DNA of 64,000 nt, taken from a virus. The stretch lies in the IMG/VR virus record IMGVR_UViG_3300022752_000025, positions 68,274-132,273 of that record. One strand, written 5' to 3'. Shown here piece after piece: positions 17,631 to 28,270 of the stretch. Position numbers and translations under genes: made by a program. Below the pieces are notes generated by a model. That model was given only the letters and a program-made list of their open reading frames with translations. It had not been told where the DNA came from and ran no database searches. The stretch's first letter is position 1, and every line of letters begins with the position of its first letter.

Positions 17631-18017
17631 TTATCGGGTGCTTTCGAGTTTTGGCCTTAGTCTTTGGAAAGCCGCATTAACCTCGGCAACATTTTCAATT
17701 TTATTAGCATCCATAATAAGAAATGCTTTTTGTCCAAGTCTAAAATTTTCATCAGTTTTCGCGGATACAACAGCTTGAATTCTTGATCTCATTTGAGATT
17801 CGTTTTTTAATGAAAGATTTCTTTTTTGTTCTTGAAGAAGCTCTATATATTTTTTATTTGATTCAATTTGAGATTTTGCCAAATGATATTCCGCTCCTCT
17901 CGTAACATCATCATATTTTTGATATGTTGATTGACCTTTGCTGCTGCTAATAGCTATTAATAATGCAATTATTGCAATTGCTAGATATTTTATATTATTA
18001 TAATTTTCCATGTGCAA
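17631..18017 (-). CDS. exported coiled-coil hypothetical protein
   Basis: N-terminal hydrophobic segment, helical remainder. Confidence 0.6.
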   Translation of the reverse strand: MHMENYNNIKYLAIAIIALLIAISSSKGQSTYQKYDDVTRGAEYHLAKSQIESNKKYIELLQEQKRNLSLKNESQMRSRIQAVVSAKTDENFRLGQKAFLIMDANKIENVAEVNAAFQRLRPKLESTR

Positions 18018-19101
18018 ATCCTTCGTACAAGTTGTTTGCTGTAACTTTTACAGCTTTTATTTTATTTGTCCAAATGCCTCCGCGCATTTCTTCTATTGAT
18101 CTAAATCCCAAATAACTCATTGCACTTCTTAAGCCATTGGCAAAATCATATACAATGTCTTCTATGGATTTATTTTCAATCAAGGGAATTAACGTGGCAT
18201 CTCCTTCTACAAATAAATTCTTTTTTGTACCATCATATAAATCATAATCTTCTACGACATCTTTGCTTGCCATTCCTCTATATTTTGCATATCTTTTACC
18301 GTCTTTTTCTATTATATTTTCTTCATCTACGGAATCTGCAAGTCCAGCAAATATTCTTCCACATATTACGGCATCCGCACCACTCGCGATAGCTTTAACT
18401 AAATCTTTAGGATATCTAATCCCTCCATCTGCTAAAATACTTGGACGATTTTCTTCTTTTGGATTTTCGTGTCTAAAATAATCTAGATTTGCTAACTGAA
18501 AATTTCTAACTGCTTTCCAAGCATAATATAAACCTGTGACACTTGGACATCCTATTCCAGTTTTTATTTGGGTCAAACACATTGATCCAGGTCCAATAAG
18601 ATGCCTAAAACCATCTGATTTTAAATTAGCTAATCTATAAACACTTTCTTTTGTTAAAGTATTTCCAACGATTATATCTTGTTTATAGGATGATTGTTTA
18701 TACCATATAAGAAAGTCTTCGACATTTTGAGATAAACCATTAGCAGTATCTAAAAAGAATATATCCGTATATTCCGAAATCATTTCAATTCTTTCTTTAA
18801 AGTCTTTAAGACCTATTGCATTTATGCAAAAATTACTTTCGTCTTTTATGTGCTTAGCTTTTTTAGCTTGATCGTCTGGAGACATAAATCTATGTAAAAC
18901 TCCTGCACCACCAACTCTATTAATCTTTATACAAGATTTAACAGATGAAACTGTATCCATCGGAGAAAGTATAATTGGTATATCTATATATTTTGATTTG
19001 CTAATTTTTGTTATTGTATTAACTTCTTTTCTAGAAATAATATCTGAAAAATTTGGAAGTAAGGAGATATCATCGTATCCTAAAGCTTCTATAAATTCCA
19101 T
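17998..19101 (-). CDS. IMP dehydrogenase/GMP reductase family protein (no CBS domains)
   Basis: SPMDTV, IGPGSMCLT (catalytic Cys), ADGGIRYPKDLVKA, YRGMAS, VEG, GLRSAMSYLG. Confidence 0.9.
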   Translation of the reverse strand: MEFIEALGYDDISLLPNFSDIISRKEVNTITKISKSKYIDIPIILSPMDTVSSVKSCIKINRVGGAGVLHRFMSPDDQAKKAKHIKDESNFCINAIGLKDFKERIEMISEYTDIFFLDTANGLSQNVEDFLIWYKQSSYKQDIIVGNTLTKESVYRLANLKSDGFRHLIGPGSMCLTQIKTGIGCPSVTGLYYAWKAVRNFQLANLDYFRHENPKEENRPSILADGGIRYPKDLVKAIASGADAVICGRIFAGLADSVDEENIIEKDGKRYAKYRGMASKDVVEDYDLYDGTKKNLFVEGDATLIPLIENKSIEDIVYDFANGLRSAMSYLGFRSIEEMRGGIWTNKIKAVKVTANNLYEGFAHGKL

Positions 19102-19143
19102 TCTTTGATTATAGAATTGATTTTAAAAAAAGTCAATAGTAAA

Positions 19144-19437
19144 TCAAATTTTTCGTATCAAAGATCCGTCTTTTTTTATAAAATTTATAACGTCTTCAGA
19201 GCTAAATCCTAAATTATTTTTTAAATTAATTAAAATTTCTTGAGGCAAAGTATTTATTTTTTGAATAAATTTATCTTCAGCGTAATTTTCTCTAGTTTTT
19301 CTGCTACAACTACATCCTCCTAGAGACATATCATAGTAAGAAATATTCTCATTGAAATAAGCTAGAGTTTGTTCGTCTTTTATTTTATTTCTAACTTCTG
19401 TCACGAACTGTTGTAGATTAAGATTCTTCTCTGTCAT
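19144..19437 (-). CDS. hypothetical protein with CxC motif
   Basis: GGCSCSR. Confidence 0.6.
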   Translation of the reverse strand: MTEKNLNLQQFVTEVRNKIKDEQTLAYFNENISYYDMSLGGCSCSRKTRENYAEDKFIQKINTLPQEILINLKNNLGFSSEDVINFIKKDGSLIRKI

Positions 19438-19783
19438 GGTATTTCATTAAAATTACACTTATATAATATAATATCAAAGAACTAAAAAATATCAAAAATA
19501 TTCTATATATATTACTAAATAATAGATAGTCCCCTATACATAGCCAAGTATTAAGACAAATAGGACAACTTATTAATCTTGTGAAAAATGAATTATATTC
19601 CATATTTAAAAATATAGGATAATTAATATTGGGATACTTCATTTTTAGTTCCAAATATTCTTTAAATTTAAATATTTTATTTAATAATGGTATCTTATTA
19701 AAGTATTCAAAAAATGCGTCAGTTTTAAACCAGACTAAAAGTATAAAAGAGTTTAATGTAAATAAGAATATATTTTCTATCAT
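19418..19783 (-). CDS. membrane protein with CxxC (DUF1360-like)
   Basis: Hydrophobic helices flanking LISCPICLNTW. Confidence 0.6.
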   Translation of the reverse strand: MIENIFLFTLNSFILLVWFKTDAFFEYFNKIPLLNKIFKFKEYLELKMKYPNINYPIFLNMEYNSFFTRLISCPICLNTWLCIGDYLLFSNIYRIFLIFFSSLILYYISVILMKYHDREES

Positions 19784-20199
19784 TAAATATTATATTTAAA
19801 AATCTCTATATTATAAAATTTAAATATATCAAATGATTTTTGTTCTTTGTCGTATTCTTCTATATAAAGAATTTTTTTTATGCCATGAGATACAATATTT
19901 ATCGCGCAAGATGAACAAGGGAGTAATGTAGTCGCCATTAAATATGGATCATCATATCTAGATATACATGCTAAAGCGTTTGTTTCTGCGTGAATCATAT
20001 ATAATCTTCTTTCATCCCTATTATCCCAAAAATTATTTTCTATATTCTTTTTGCTTGTTAAGCCGTTGTAACCTATACTAAGTAATCTACCTTCTTTGTT
20101 CAAAATTGAGCAGCCAACTTTTTTGTATGGATCTTCTGATCTTTCTGAAGCAGAAATCGCAAATTTTATAGCCATATCTTCGAAAGATATTCTTTCCAT
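19783..20199 (-). CDS. dCMP deaminase
   Basis: RSEDP..KVGC, SIGYNG, HAETNA, PCSSCA. Confidence 0.92.
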   Translation of the reverse strand: MERISFEDMAIKFAISASERSEDPYKKVGCSILNKEGRLLSIGYNGLTSKKNIENNFWDNRDERRLYMIHAETNALACISRYDDPYLMATTLLPCSSCAINIVSHGIKKILYIEEYDKEQKSFDIFKFYNIEIFKYNI

Positions 20200-20228
20200 A
20201 ATTAAATGTTAAATATATTTTATAATAA

Positions 20229-20275
20229 AGTCAAGTTTAGAAGCTTGACTTTACTAAAAAATTTTAGTAGAATAA
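20229..20275. promoter_or_regulatory. divergent sigma70-type promoters at the strand switch
   Basis: Back-to-back TTGACT hexamers, with -10 TAGAAT on the plus strand and a TACTAAAA-AA-TTTTAGTA palindrome in its spacer. Confidence 0.55.
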
Positions 20276-20280
20276 TAAAG

Positions 20281-20865
20281 ATGATTGGTATAACTGGAGT
20301 AGCTAGATCTGGAAAAGATACGCTTTACAAATTAATAGAAAAAAAATTAGCTAAAGAATCAATATCTACAAAAAGATTTGCTTTAGCTGATAATCTAAAA
20401 AAAGATTTAAAAGAATTTATTTTAAATAAATTTAACATTAATCTTGATTCTTGTACTCCAGAAGAAAAGGAAATTGTTAGACCTATAATGGTAGCGTATG
20501 GTAAATCTAAAAGAAAACAGACTGAAGGAAGATATTGGATAAATTTATTAGATTCAGAGTTATCTATATCAAACATAATTCCAGTAGTTACTGATATTAG
20601 ATATGATGAATACCCTAGGGATGAATATTTTTGGCTCTCTAAAGAAAAAAATGGATTTTTAATACATATATCGAGAGTACACGATGGAAAAATTATCCCT
20701 CCAGCAAACGAAGAAGAGTATAAAAATGATAAGATTTTATCAGAAAAGTCTAACTATAAAATGATATGGTGTACAGAGTCAAATTCTGAAGTTTTATATT
20801 CGACTTATGAAAAAAATATTATAGAAATATATGAACAATATAGAAGACATATTTTTAATAAATAA
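20281..20865 (+). CDS. deoxynucleoside monophosphate kinase
   Basis: MIGITGVARSGKDT P-loop, FALADNLK, VVTDIRY; start moved to ATG 20281. Confidence 0.85.
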   Translation: MIGITGVARSGKDTLYKLIEKKLAKESISTKRFALADNLKKDLKEFILNKFNINLDSCTPEEKEIVRPIMVAYGKSKRKQTEGRYWINLLDSELSISNIIPVVTDIRYDEYPRDEYFWLSKEKNGFLIHISRVHDGKIIPPANEEEYKNDKILSEKSNYKMIWCTESNSEVLYSTYEKNIIEIYEQYRRHIFNK

Positions 20866-21430
20866 AGTAAAAACAAATTCTGATAATCAAGCTTTATTAG
20901 AATTATCAAATCGCCATAGTGGTATTTATAATGAAATGATAAAAAAATATTATCGCCATTTAGTTAATGTAGGACTTAATCCAGATGATATAATATCTGA
21001 TAAGTTATATATTCTATATAAATCTGCGATGAGTTTTGATCCATCGAAAAATGTAAAATTTTCAACTTGGGTTGGCAACCAAGCCAGATATTATTGTTTA
21101 AATTGTATGAATAAAAATAATAATTCTATTGCCATGGAAGAAAAAGACATCAGATTAATTTTAGAGAAAAAACAATTAGCTGTTAATAATGATCAAAATT
21201 TATTAAAAGAAAAATCAGATTTAATATTTTCTATCTTAGATAGAGTTAAGGATAGTAGGTTATCTAAAATATATAAATTAAGATATTTCTCTGGCAAGAA
21301 ACTCACTCCATGGAGTAAAATAAGTAAAAAATTAAAAATTAGCACTCAAACTGCTATTAACTTGCATAATAAGGGAAAAAAACTTTTAAAAAATAAGTTG
21401 ACAACCGGATATAATATAGATATAATTTAA
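20831..21430 (+). CDS. phage sigma-70-family transcription factor
   Basis: FDPSKNVKFSTWV (region 2) and C-terminal HTH WSKISKKLKISTQTA. Confidence 0.75.
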   Translation: MNNIEDIFLINKVKTNSDNQALLELSNRHSGIYNEMIKKYYRHLVNVGLNPDDIISDKLYILYKSAMSFDPSKNVKFSTWVGNQARYYCLNCMNKNNNSIAMEEKDIRLILEKKQLAVNNDQNLLKEKSDLIFSILDRVKDSRLSKIYKLRYFSGKKLTPWSKISKKLKISTQTAINLHNKGKKLLKNKLTTGYNIDII

Positions 21431-21435
21431 TTATT

Positions 21436-21744
21436 ATGAATAAAAAAACAACTAATACAAATAAAAACGAAACACAAAAATCAGATTGGGCAAAAAGAGA
21501 TGTAGGCGCTCTCTGGAAAAGAGAAAGTGCTACTCAAAAATATCTTTCTGGTTATGTAAAGGTAGATGAACTTGGTGTTGAAACAGAGGTAAAAATTGTA
21601 GTATTCTCCAACAAAAACAAGAAGGATAATGCAAAAGCTCCAGATTATAGAATTTATCTATCTAAGCCAGCTCAACAAGCTCCAGCTTCAGTATCAAAAG
21701 TTGAGCAAGAGGATTCTTCAGAATCAACTGATGATGTTCTATAA
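21436..21744 (+). CDS. DUF736-like putative ssDNA-binding protein
   Basis: VGALWKRE..YLSG...KAPDYRIY with acidic C-terminal tail. Confidence 0.6.
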   Translation: MNKKTTNTNKNETQKSDWAKRDVGALWKRESATQKYLSGYVKVDELGVETEVKIVVFSNKNKKDNAKAPDYRIYLSKPAQQAPASVSKVEQEDSSESTDDVL

Positions 21745-22829
21745 TGGAATTTAGCTTAAATTTACCGATAAATTCGGTATCTTTTGGACAGGTATCTACC
21801 TTATTATTAAGAGAATTATTCTTAAAAAATAAGGTAGTTCCTATTTTCCCAATAGGTCAACCAGATTTATCTTCTCAAAATATTGAAAAAGATTTTGGAG
21901 AATGGCTACAGTCAAATATAAATTTAAGTTTATCTAAACATTCTAGAAAAAATAAAATTTTTAAACTTTGGCATATTAATGGAAGTTTAGAAAGTTTTTC
22001 AGAAAAGCAAATCCTTTTTTCATTTTATGAATTAGATTCACCAACAGAAGTAGAGCTTAATATTATTAAGAATAATGATAAAGTATTATTTTCTTCCAAA
22101 TATTCTATTGATATATTTAAAAAATATGGATGTAATAATATTGATTATTTACCTCTTGCTTTCGATAAATATAACTTCAAAAAATTAGAAAAAGATTTTT
22201 TCTCAGATAGAATAGTTTTCAATCTTTTAGGCAAACTAGAAAAAAGAAAACATCATAAAAAAATAATACAAACTTGGCTTAAAAAATTTGGTAATGATAA
22301 AAGATATCACCTTCAATGTGCTATATTTAATCCATTTTTAAAACCAGAAGATCAACAGAATTTAATTCAACACTCTATATTAGAAAATAAAAATTTCTTT
22401 AATATTTCATTTTTAAATTTTATACAAAAGAATTCAGATTATAATGATTTAATTAATAGCGCAGATATAGTATTAGGAATGAGCGGAGCAGAAGGCTGGG
22501 GATTGCCAGAATTTCATTCTACTGCTATAGGAAAACATGCTGTAATATTAAATGCTCATGCTTATAAAGAATGGGCTAATAATGAAAATTCAATTCTAGT
22601 TAATCCTTCTTCTAAAATTGAAGCTTATGATAATATGTTTTTTCACAAAGGACAAATATTCAATCAAGGCAATATTTATGATTTCAATGAAGATGAATTC
22701 ATTAGCGCATGTGAAAAAGCTATAGAAAAAGTTTCAATATCAAAAGTAAATAAATCTGGATTAAAATTACAAGAAGAATTTAGTTCTGAAAAATTTGCAG
22801 ATAATGTATTGAATATAATTCAAAAATGA
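21744..22829 (+). CDS. GT-B (GT4-like) glycosyltransferase
   Basis: GKLEKRK, SGAEGWGLPEF. Confidence 0.8.
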   Translation: MEFSLNLPINSVSFGQVSTLLLRELFLKNKVVPIFPIGQPDLSSQNIEKDFGEWLQSNINLSLSKHSRKNKIFKLWHINGSLESFSEKQILFSFYELDSPTEVELNIIKNNDKVLFSSKYSIDIFKKYGCNNIDYLPLAFDKYNFKKLEKDFFSDRIVFNLLGKLEKRKHHKKIIQTWLKKFGNDKRYHLQCAIFNPFLKPEDQQNLIQHSILENKNFFNISFLNFIQKNSDYNDLINSADIVLGMSGAEGWGLPEFHSTAIGKHAVILNAHAYKEWANNENSILVNPSSKIEAYDNMFFHKGQIFNQGNIYDFNEDEFISACEKAIEKVSISKVNKSGLKLQEEFSSEKFADNVLNIIQK

Positions 22830-22830
22830 T

Positions 22831-23181
22831 ATGCCTCAATATTTATATCAAAATCCAAAAACAAAAGAAATCATAGAACTTATACAAAGTATTCATGATA
22901 AACATGAATATATTGATGAAAATGGATTAAAATGGAATAGAATTTTTACTGTACCAGAAATAAATACTCAAGATAGATTAACAGAAAAATCCACAGAAAA
23001 AGATTTTGCTAGAATTACATCTTCACAAAAAGGTACTGTAGGTGACCTATGGGATAGAAGTCAAGAGCTTTCTCAAAAAAGAGAAAAAGTTTATGGAGAA
23101 GATAAAGTCAAGAAAAAATATTTTGAAAACTGGTCTAAAAAACGCAAAGGAAAGATACACCCAAAAAGTAATTTAGATTAA
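22831..23181 (+). CDS. FmdB-like regulatory protein lacking Zn-ribbon cysteines
   Basis: MPQYLY...E..QSIHD...WNRIF. Confidence 0.5.
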   Translation: MPQYLYQNPKTKEIIELIQSIHDKHEYIDENGLKWNRIFTVPEINTQDRLTEKSTEKDFARITSSQKGTVGDLWDRSQELSQKREKVYGEDKVKKKYFENWSKKRKGKIHPKSNLD

Positions 23182-23256
23182 AATTGTTTATAACTTTCTA
23201 GTTTTTTCTTTTTTAATATCTAAAATTAATGTAATATAAGATTCACACGTAGTCTT

Positions 23257-25512
23257 ATGAACATTAAAGTAAAAAAAAGAAATGGTTCTTCAGAAAAATT
23301 TAATATTGAAAAAATACATAGAGTTATAAATTGGGCAATAAAAGACCTTAATGGAGTTAGTTTAACTGATATTGAAATCAATGCTAAAATAAATATTCAT
23401 GAAGGAATATTTACAAAAGAGATTCATAAATTACTAATTGAATCTGCGGCAAATTTAATTTCTGCAGAAAAACCAAATTATCAATTTGTTGCTGGAAGAC
23501 TTTTAAATTATCAATTAAGAAAAGATGTATGGAAAGGTAAACACGCACCAAGACTTTTAGAGTTTTTACAACAGGGATTAAAATATAAAATATACGATTC
23601 TATCGTTTTAGAAAAATATACTGAAGATGAAATTAATAAAATGGGCGAATTCATTGATCATGAAAGAGATTATAATTTTACTTATGCAGGCATAAAACAA
23701 TTGTGCGATAAATATCTTATTAAAGATAGAGTGTCTGGAAGAATTTATGAAACACCACAATTCGCATATATTTTAATCGCTGCTTATGCATTTATTAATT
23801 ATCCAATAGAGACAAGATTAAATTATATACGAAAATTTTACGATGCAATAAGTAAACATAAAATTAATCTACCAACTCCAGTTATGGCTGGAGTAAGAAC
23901 TCCAAGTAAAAATTATGCAAGTTGCTGTTTAATTGGAGTTGATGATACAAAAGATAGTATAACTGCTAGTGCTACAGCAGTCAGTATGGCTACCGCCAGC
24001 AGATGCGGAATAGGAATTGATGTTTCTAAAATTAGAGCAATAGGTTCTCCGATTAAGAATGGTGAAGTTGTACATACTGGACTAATTCCATTTTTAAAAA
24101 TATACGAAAGTAGCGTTAAAGCTTGGCAGCAAAATGGATTAAGAGGTGGTAGTGCTACTTGTAATATTCAATGGTGGCATTATGAGATAGAAGATATTAT
24201 AGTATTAAAAAATAACGCAGGGACTGACGATAATCGTGTCCGTAAGTTAGATTATACAATTGGTATGAGCAAATTATTTTATGATAGAGTTCTTAAAGAT
24301 GAAGATGTAACTTTATTTAATACTGCTGAAGTTCCAGAGTTATATGAAGCTTGGGGAACAAAAGAATTTGATAAAATATACAAAGAATGTGAATCTAAAA
24401 AATTAAAAATTAAAAAGAAAATATCTGCGCGTAAATTATTTTCTTTAATAATTAAAGAAAGAGTAGAAACTGGCAGAATTTATATTTTAAATGTTGATCA
24501 TGCAAATAATCATAGCGCGTGGTTAGACAAAGTTACAATGAGTAATCTTTGTACAGAGGTTATTCAACCTACAATTCCTCTTAATGATTATCACGATAAA
24601 GAAGGGGAAATTGGAATGTGTATTCTTTCGGCTATTAATATGTTAGAAATTAAAAATTGGCAGGACCTAGAAAAGACTTGTGATCTAATTGTTAGATTTT
24701 TAGATGAAATTATTGAAATTCAAGATTATTTTAATATTGCTGCCGAAAATTTTGCAAAAAAACGTCGTAGCCTTGGAATAGGAATAACTAATTTAGCAGC
24801 TTATCTTGCTAAAAATGAATTAAAGTATACTTCCGATAAAACCTTACCAATAATTGATGAATGGATGGAGCATTTTCAATATTATCTTCTAAAATCAAGT
24901 ATTGAATTAGCTAAAGAAAAAGGTAAATGTGAAAAATTTAATCATACTAAATATTCAAAAGGTATTCTTCCTATTGATACTTATAAAGATAAATTAGATG
25001 AACTTTGTAAAAGAAAATTATCCTTAAATTGGGAAGATTTAAGAAAAGAAATTAAAGAATATGGATTAAGACATTCTACATTATCGTCATGTATGCCATG
25101 CGAAAGTAGCTCAGTTATTCAATCATCAACTAATGGAGTAGAACCAATTCGCAGTCTAATAACTTATAAAATGAGTAAGATGGGTAAATTACCTGTTCTC
25201 GTTCCAGGGATTGGTAAATATGATAAAAATTATGAACTAGCTTACGATTTAAAAGATAATTCTGGTTTACTTAGAATTAATGCTATTATTCAAAAATATA
25301 TTGACATGGCTATATCAACTAATGTATACTATAATTATTCTCACTATGAAAACAATGTTCTTCCAGACGCTAAAGTAATGAAAGAAATTATGTTAGCTTA
25401 TTCTCTTGGTCTAATAAGTCTATATTATAATAATACAGATGATGGAGATAAAGAACAACTTATGAATCAAAAAGAAGACCGCGATTGTTCATCTGGTGCG
25501 TGTAAATTGTAG
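23257..25512 (+). CDS. nrdA: class Ia ribonucleotide reductase alpha subunit with ATP cone
   Basis: VKKRNG ATP cone, LPTPVMAG, ASCC, SNLCTE, SLYY, C-terminal CSSGACKL. Confidence 0.97.
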   Translation: MNIKVKKRNGSSEKFNIEKIHRVINWAIKDLNGVSLTDIEINAKINIHEGIFTKEIHKLLIESAANLISAEKPNYQFVAGRLLNYQLRKDVWKGKHAPRLLEFLQQGLKYKIYDSIVLEKYTEDEINKMGEFIDHERDYNFTYAGIKQLCDKYLIKDRVSGRIYETPQFAYILIAAYAFINYPIETRLNYIRKFYDAISKHKINLPTPVMAGVRTPSKNYASCCLIGVDDTKDSITASATAVSMATASRCGIGIDVSKIRAIGSPIKNGEVVHTGLIPFLKIYESSVKAWQQNGLRGGSATCNIQWWHYEIEDIIVLKNNAGTDDNRVRKLDYTIGMSKLFYDRVLKDEDVTLFNTAEVPELYEAWGTKEFDKIYKECESKKLKIKKKISARKLFSLIIKERVETGRIYILNVDHANNHSAWLDKVTMSNLCTEVIQPTIPLNDYHDKEGEIGMCILSAINMLEIKNWQDLEKTCDLIVRFLDEIIEIQDYFNIAAENFAKKRRSLGIGITNLAAYLAKNELKYTSDKTLPIIDEWMEHFQYYLLKSSIELAKEKGKCEKFNHTKYSKGILPIDTYKDKLDELCKRKLSLNWEDLRKEIKEYGLRHSTLSSCMPCESSSVIQSSTNGVEPIRSLITYKMSKMGKLPVLVPGIGKYDKNYELAYDLKDNSGLLRINAIIQKYIDMAISTNVYYNYSHYENNVLPDAKVMKEIMLAYSLGLISLYYNNTDDGDKEQLMNQKEDRDCSSGACKL

Positions 25513-25515
25513 CCA

Positions 25516-26580
25516 ATGAAAAGCGTTTTAAATATAAAAAATATAGATCACACAAAACAACCATTATTTTTTGGAGAGGATCTTAATTTACAAAGATATG
25601 ATCGTTTTAAATATCCTATTTTTTTTGAATTATTTAAAAAACAAGAAGAATTTTTCTGGTGGCCTCATGAAATAGCATTAAATAAAGACCGTAGCGATTA
25701 TAAAGACCTAGCTGGGCAAGAAAGATTTGTATTTGATACTAATTTAAAATTTCAAACTCTCGGTGATAGCATGCTTTCTAGAAGTATACATTCTCTTAAA
25801 GATTATGTAAGTAATCCAGAATTAGAAATATGCATGAATACTTGGCAAAGATTTGAAGGGATTCATAGTTATTCTTATTCATATCTACTTAATAATGTTC
25901 ATCCAGACGCAAGTAAATTTTTTGATAGCATTATGGAAGATAAAGAAATTGTATCTCGCGCAGAGTTAATTAGGAATAATTTTGATAAAATTCTTGGTAA
26001 TGACGATAAAAAAGATTTAAAACAAAAAATATTCGACTGCATTCTTTCAGTTAATGTAATGGAAGGCCTTGTGTTTTATGTTTCATTTGCGTGCTCTTTT
26101 TATTTTGGATATCGTGGTAAAATGGAAGGTAACGCTAAAATTATTAAATTTATTCAAAGAGATGAATCTTTGCATTTTGCTACTACTCAAAATTTAATTA
26201 AAATTTTAAAAGAAGAAGATAAAGAAGGCTTTACTTCAATAGTAAAAAAGAACGAAGATAAAATATATGCATTTTATGAACAGGCAGCTAAAAATGAAAT
26301 TGAATGGGCAGAATATTTATTTAGTAAAGGCTCTTTATTAGGTTTAAATGCAGAAGTTTTAGGAGGTTATTCTAAATGGCTTTGCGATGCTCGTTTACGT
26401 TCATTAGGATATAAGAAAATTTTTAATCAAAAAGACAATCCTATCGCAGGATGGCTAGACAGTTATCTAGATAGCAGTAAAGTACAAGTGGCTCCTCAGG
26501 AGACAGAAATATCAACCTATAAAATAGGTGCCAGAAAAACAGATATATCCGATGATGATTTTAATAATTTAAGTTTATGA
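25516..26580 (+). CDS. nrdB: class Ia ribonucleotide reductase beta subunit
   Basis: FFWWPHE, EGIHSYSY, MEGLVFYVSFA, RDESLH, VAPQETE. Confidence 0.97.
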   Translation: MKSVLNIKNIDHTKQPLFFGEDLNLQRYDRFKYPIFFELFKKQEEFFWWPHEIALNKDRSDYKDLAGQERFVFDTNLKFQTLGDSMLSRSIHSLKDYVSNPELEICMNTWQRFEGIHSYSYSYLLNNVHPDASKFFDSIMEDKEIVSRAELIRNNFDKILGNDDKKDLKQKIFDCILSVNVMEGLVFYVSFACSFYFGYRGKMEGNAKIIKFIQRDESLHFATTQNLIKILKEEDKEGFTSIVKKNEDKIYAFYEQAAKNEIEWAEYLFSKGSLLGLNAEVLGGYSKWLCDARLRSLGYKKIFNQKDNPIAGWLDSYLDSSKVQVAPQETEISTYKIGARKTDISDDDFNNLSL

Positions 26581-26582
26581 CT

Positions 26583-27365
26583 TTATTCACATCTACCATT
26601 TGGATTTTTAGGTCCATAGGGTCCGAATAGAGTTGTACCTAAAACGATAGGTATTCCTAAATTTTGTGCAAAAAGTTCACAACTATATTTTTGATAGTGG
26701 TTTTTACCTCGATGTCCACATAAAATGTTAAGCGGTGCGTAGAAATAATATGTTTCAAAATCACATGGCGTCAGTATATTATATACTAGAAAAGGCTTTG
26801 GAGGTATATAATAACCATCAAGACTTACGGTAATAAATCTAACGTATTTTGCTCCGCTTGTATCTGGATCTTTCCAGACATCTGGAAAGTAGCCTAGACT
26901 ATGAAATAATACAAATACATCTAACTCTAAATTTTCAGTATTATTGATCTCGAATGGTTTTGATAATGTTCCAGAAATTTGATTTTTCATAAAACTATCT
27001 AATGATCCTTGCTCTAAATATATAAATACTCTTTTGCCATATGTATAAACTTTTGAGCCATCAACCCATACTTTTTTATCTTCAATTTTATCTATTAGAT
27101 TCAAATAAATGTTATTTTCATCTTCTTTTTCTACATAGAAAGCTTGTTTATAAGTTTTAGTTAATTTTTCAGATATTTTTTTATTTTTAATAATAGGTAA
27201 AGCTTTATTAAATCCAGGAAATTTATGCCAAGCCGCAATCATATTTTGACCAAGAAAATCATTATTGTTATATTTTTCTGTAGAATTATATTTTTTACTA
27301 TTATATAGTATATATGCTTTTTCATCCCCAAAAACAGTATTTTTAATAAAAAAAGATTTTTCCAT
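26583..27365 (-). CDS. hypothetical protein (possible virion accessory protein)
   Basis: 260-aa ORF convergent with nrdB; GTGTAT upstream. Confidence 0.6.
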   Translation of the reverse strand: MEKSFFIKNTVFGDEKAYILYNSKKYNSTEKYNNNDFLGQNMIAAWHKFPGFNKALPIIKNKKISEKLTKTYKQAFYVEKEDENNIYLNLIDKIEDKKVWVDGSKVYTYGKRVFIYLEQGSLDSFMKNQISGTLSKPFEINNTENLELDVFVLFHSLGYFPDVWKDPDTSGAKYVRFITVSLDGYYIPPKPFLVYNILTPCDFETYYFYAPLNILCGHRGKNHYQKYSCELFAQNLGIPIVLGTTLFGPYGPKNPNGRCE

Positions 27366-27401
27366 ATATAAATATATACACTATTAAGTGTAATTATTAT
27401 T

Positions 27402-27740
27402 ATGAATTTGGATTTAAATCAATTATTTAACATAATTTTAGGAGCTTTAACATTTCTAGGTGGATGGCTTTTTACTAGAGTATTCTCTTTATTTGATAGA
27501 CAAGAGAATTTAATGAAAGAGATAAATGATAAAACATTTACTGATTTTATAACTTTAAGAAAAGAAGTAGAAGCAGAGGGTAGGAAGCATCAACAAGAAA
27601 TTGCAGACTTAGCGCTTAAAATATCAACTACATATGTCACAAAAGAATCATTTGAAGCGTATTTTGATAGAATTGAAGCTAAACTCGATAGAAATTTTGA
27701 GATAATACAGCAATATTTAATGAACAAAAATAAAAATTAA
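27402..27740 (+). CDS. single-pass membrane coiled-coil protein (holin-like)
   Basis: N-terminal TM helix ending GGW, then coiled coil with YVTKESF..RIEAKLD. Confidence 0.6.
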   Translation: MNLDLNQLFNIILGALTFLGGWLFTRVFSLFDRQENLMKEINDKTFTDFITLRKEVEAEGRKHQQEIADLALKISTTYVTKESFEAYFDRIEAKLDRNFEIIQQYLMNKNKN

Positions 27741-27754
27741 CTGTAATAGTTAAT

Positions 27755-28270
27755 GTGACGGTTTCAGAAAGAGATTTAGATTTTTTTGCCAAAAAATTAA
27801 GTTTATCTCCAGAGAAAACTTTTCTGTTATTACAAGACCCAGATTGTTTGCCAGAAATTATTAATAAAGTTACTGAAGACGATATAAATGGAATTGTAGA
27901 CATTAGTTTTCCAGTCTTTGTAGAACTAACTATTATAAAATATAGTAAAGATTTAAATTATTCATTTGAAGAAAAAGAATATATATCAGAAGCTGTTGGA
28001 ACAAAATTCTATGATTTAATAGAATATCCACTTCAAAATAAATATTTTTTTACATTAGAACAAAATGAAGATACGGCAAAATCTATATTAGTATTTCTTG
28101 GATTTTTTTATAAAAGTTTAGAGAAATTAAGAAGATCCTATCCATCTGAAAATATATATTACAATATAGCTAAAAATGGATTTGAAAATTCAGATAAAGA
28201 AGAAATATCTGATCATCTTAAAGATTGGATTAAAGTTTTAAGAAGAATTCAGAATGAAGTGTGGTACTAA
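27755..28270 (+). CDS. hypothetical protein
   Basis: 171-aa ORF. Confidence 0.6.
   Translation: MTVSERDLDFFAKKLSLSPEKTFLLLQDPDCLPEIINKVTEDDINGIVDISFPVFVELTIIKYSKDLNYSFEEKEYISEAVGTKFYDLIEYPLQNKYFFTLEQNEDTAKSILVFLGFFYKSLEKLRRSYPSENIYYNIAKNGFENSDKEEISDHLKDWIKVLRRIQNEVWY

Noticed and set aside
23257-26580. Introns or inteins in nrdA/nrdB (also checked dnaB, dnaE, recA)
   Set aside because: Lengths and motifs are continuous, with no insertions visible.
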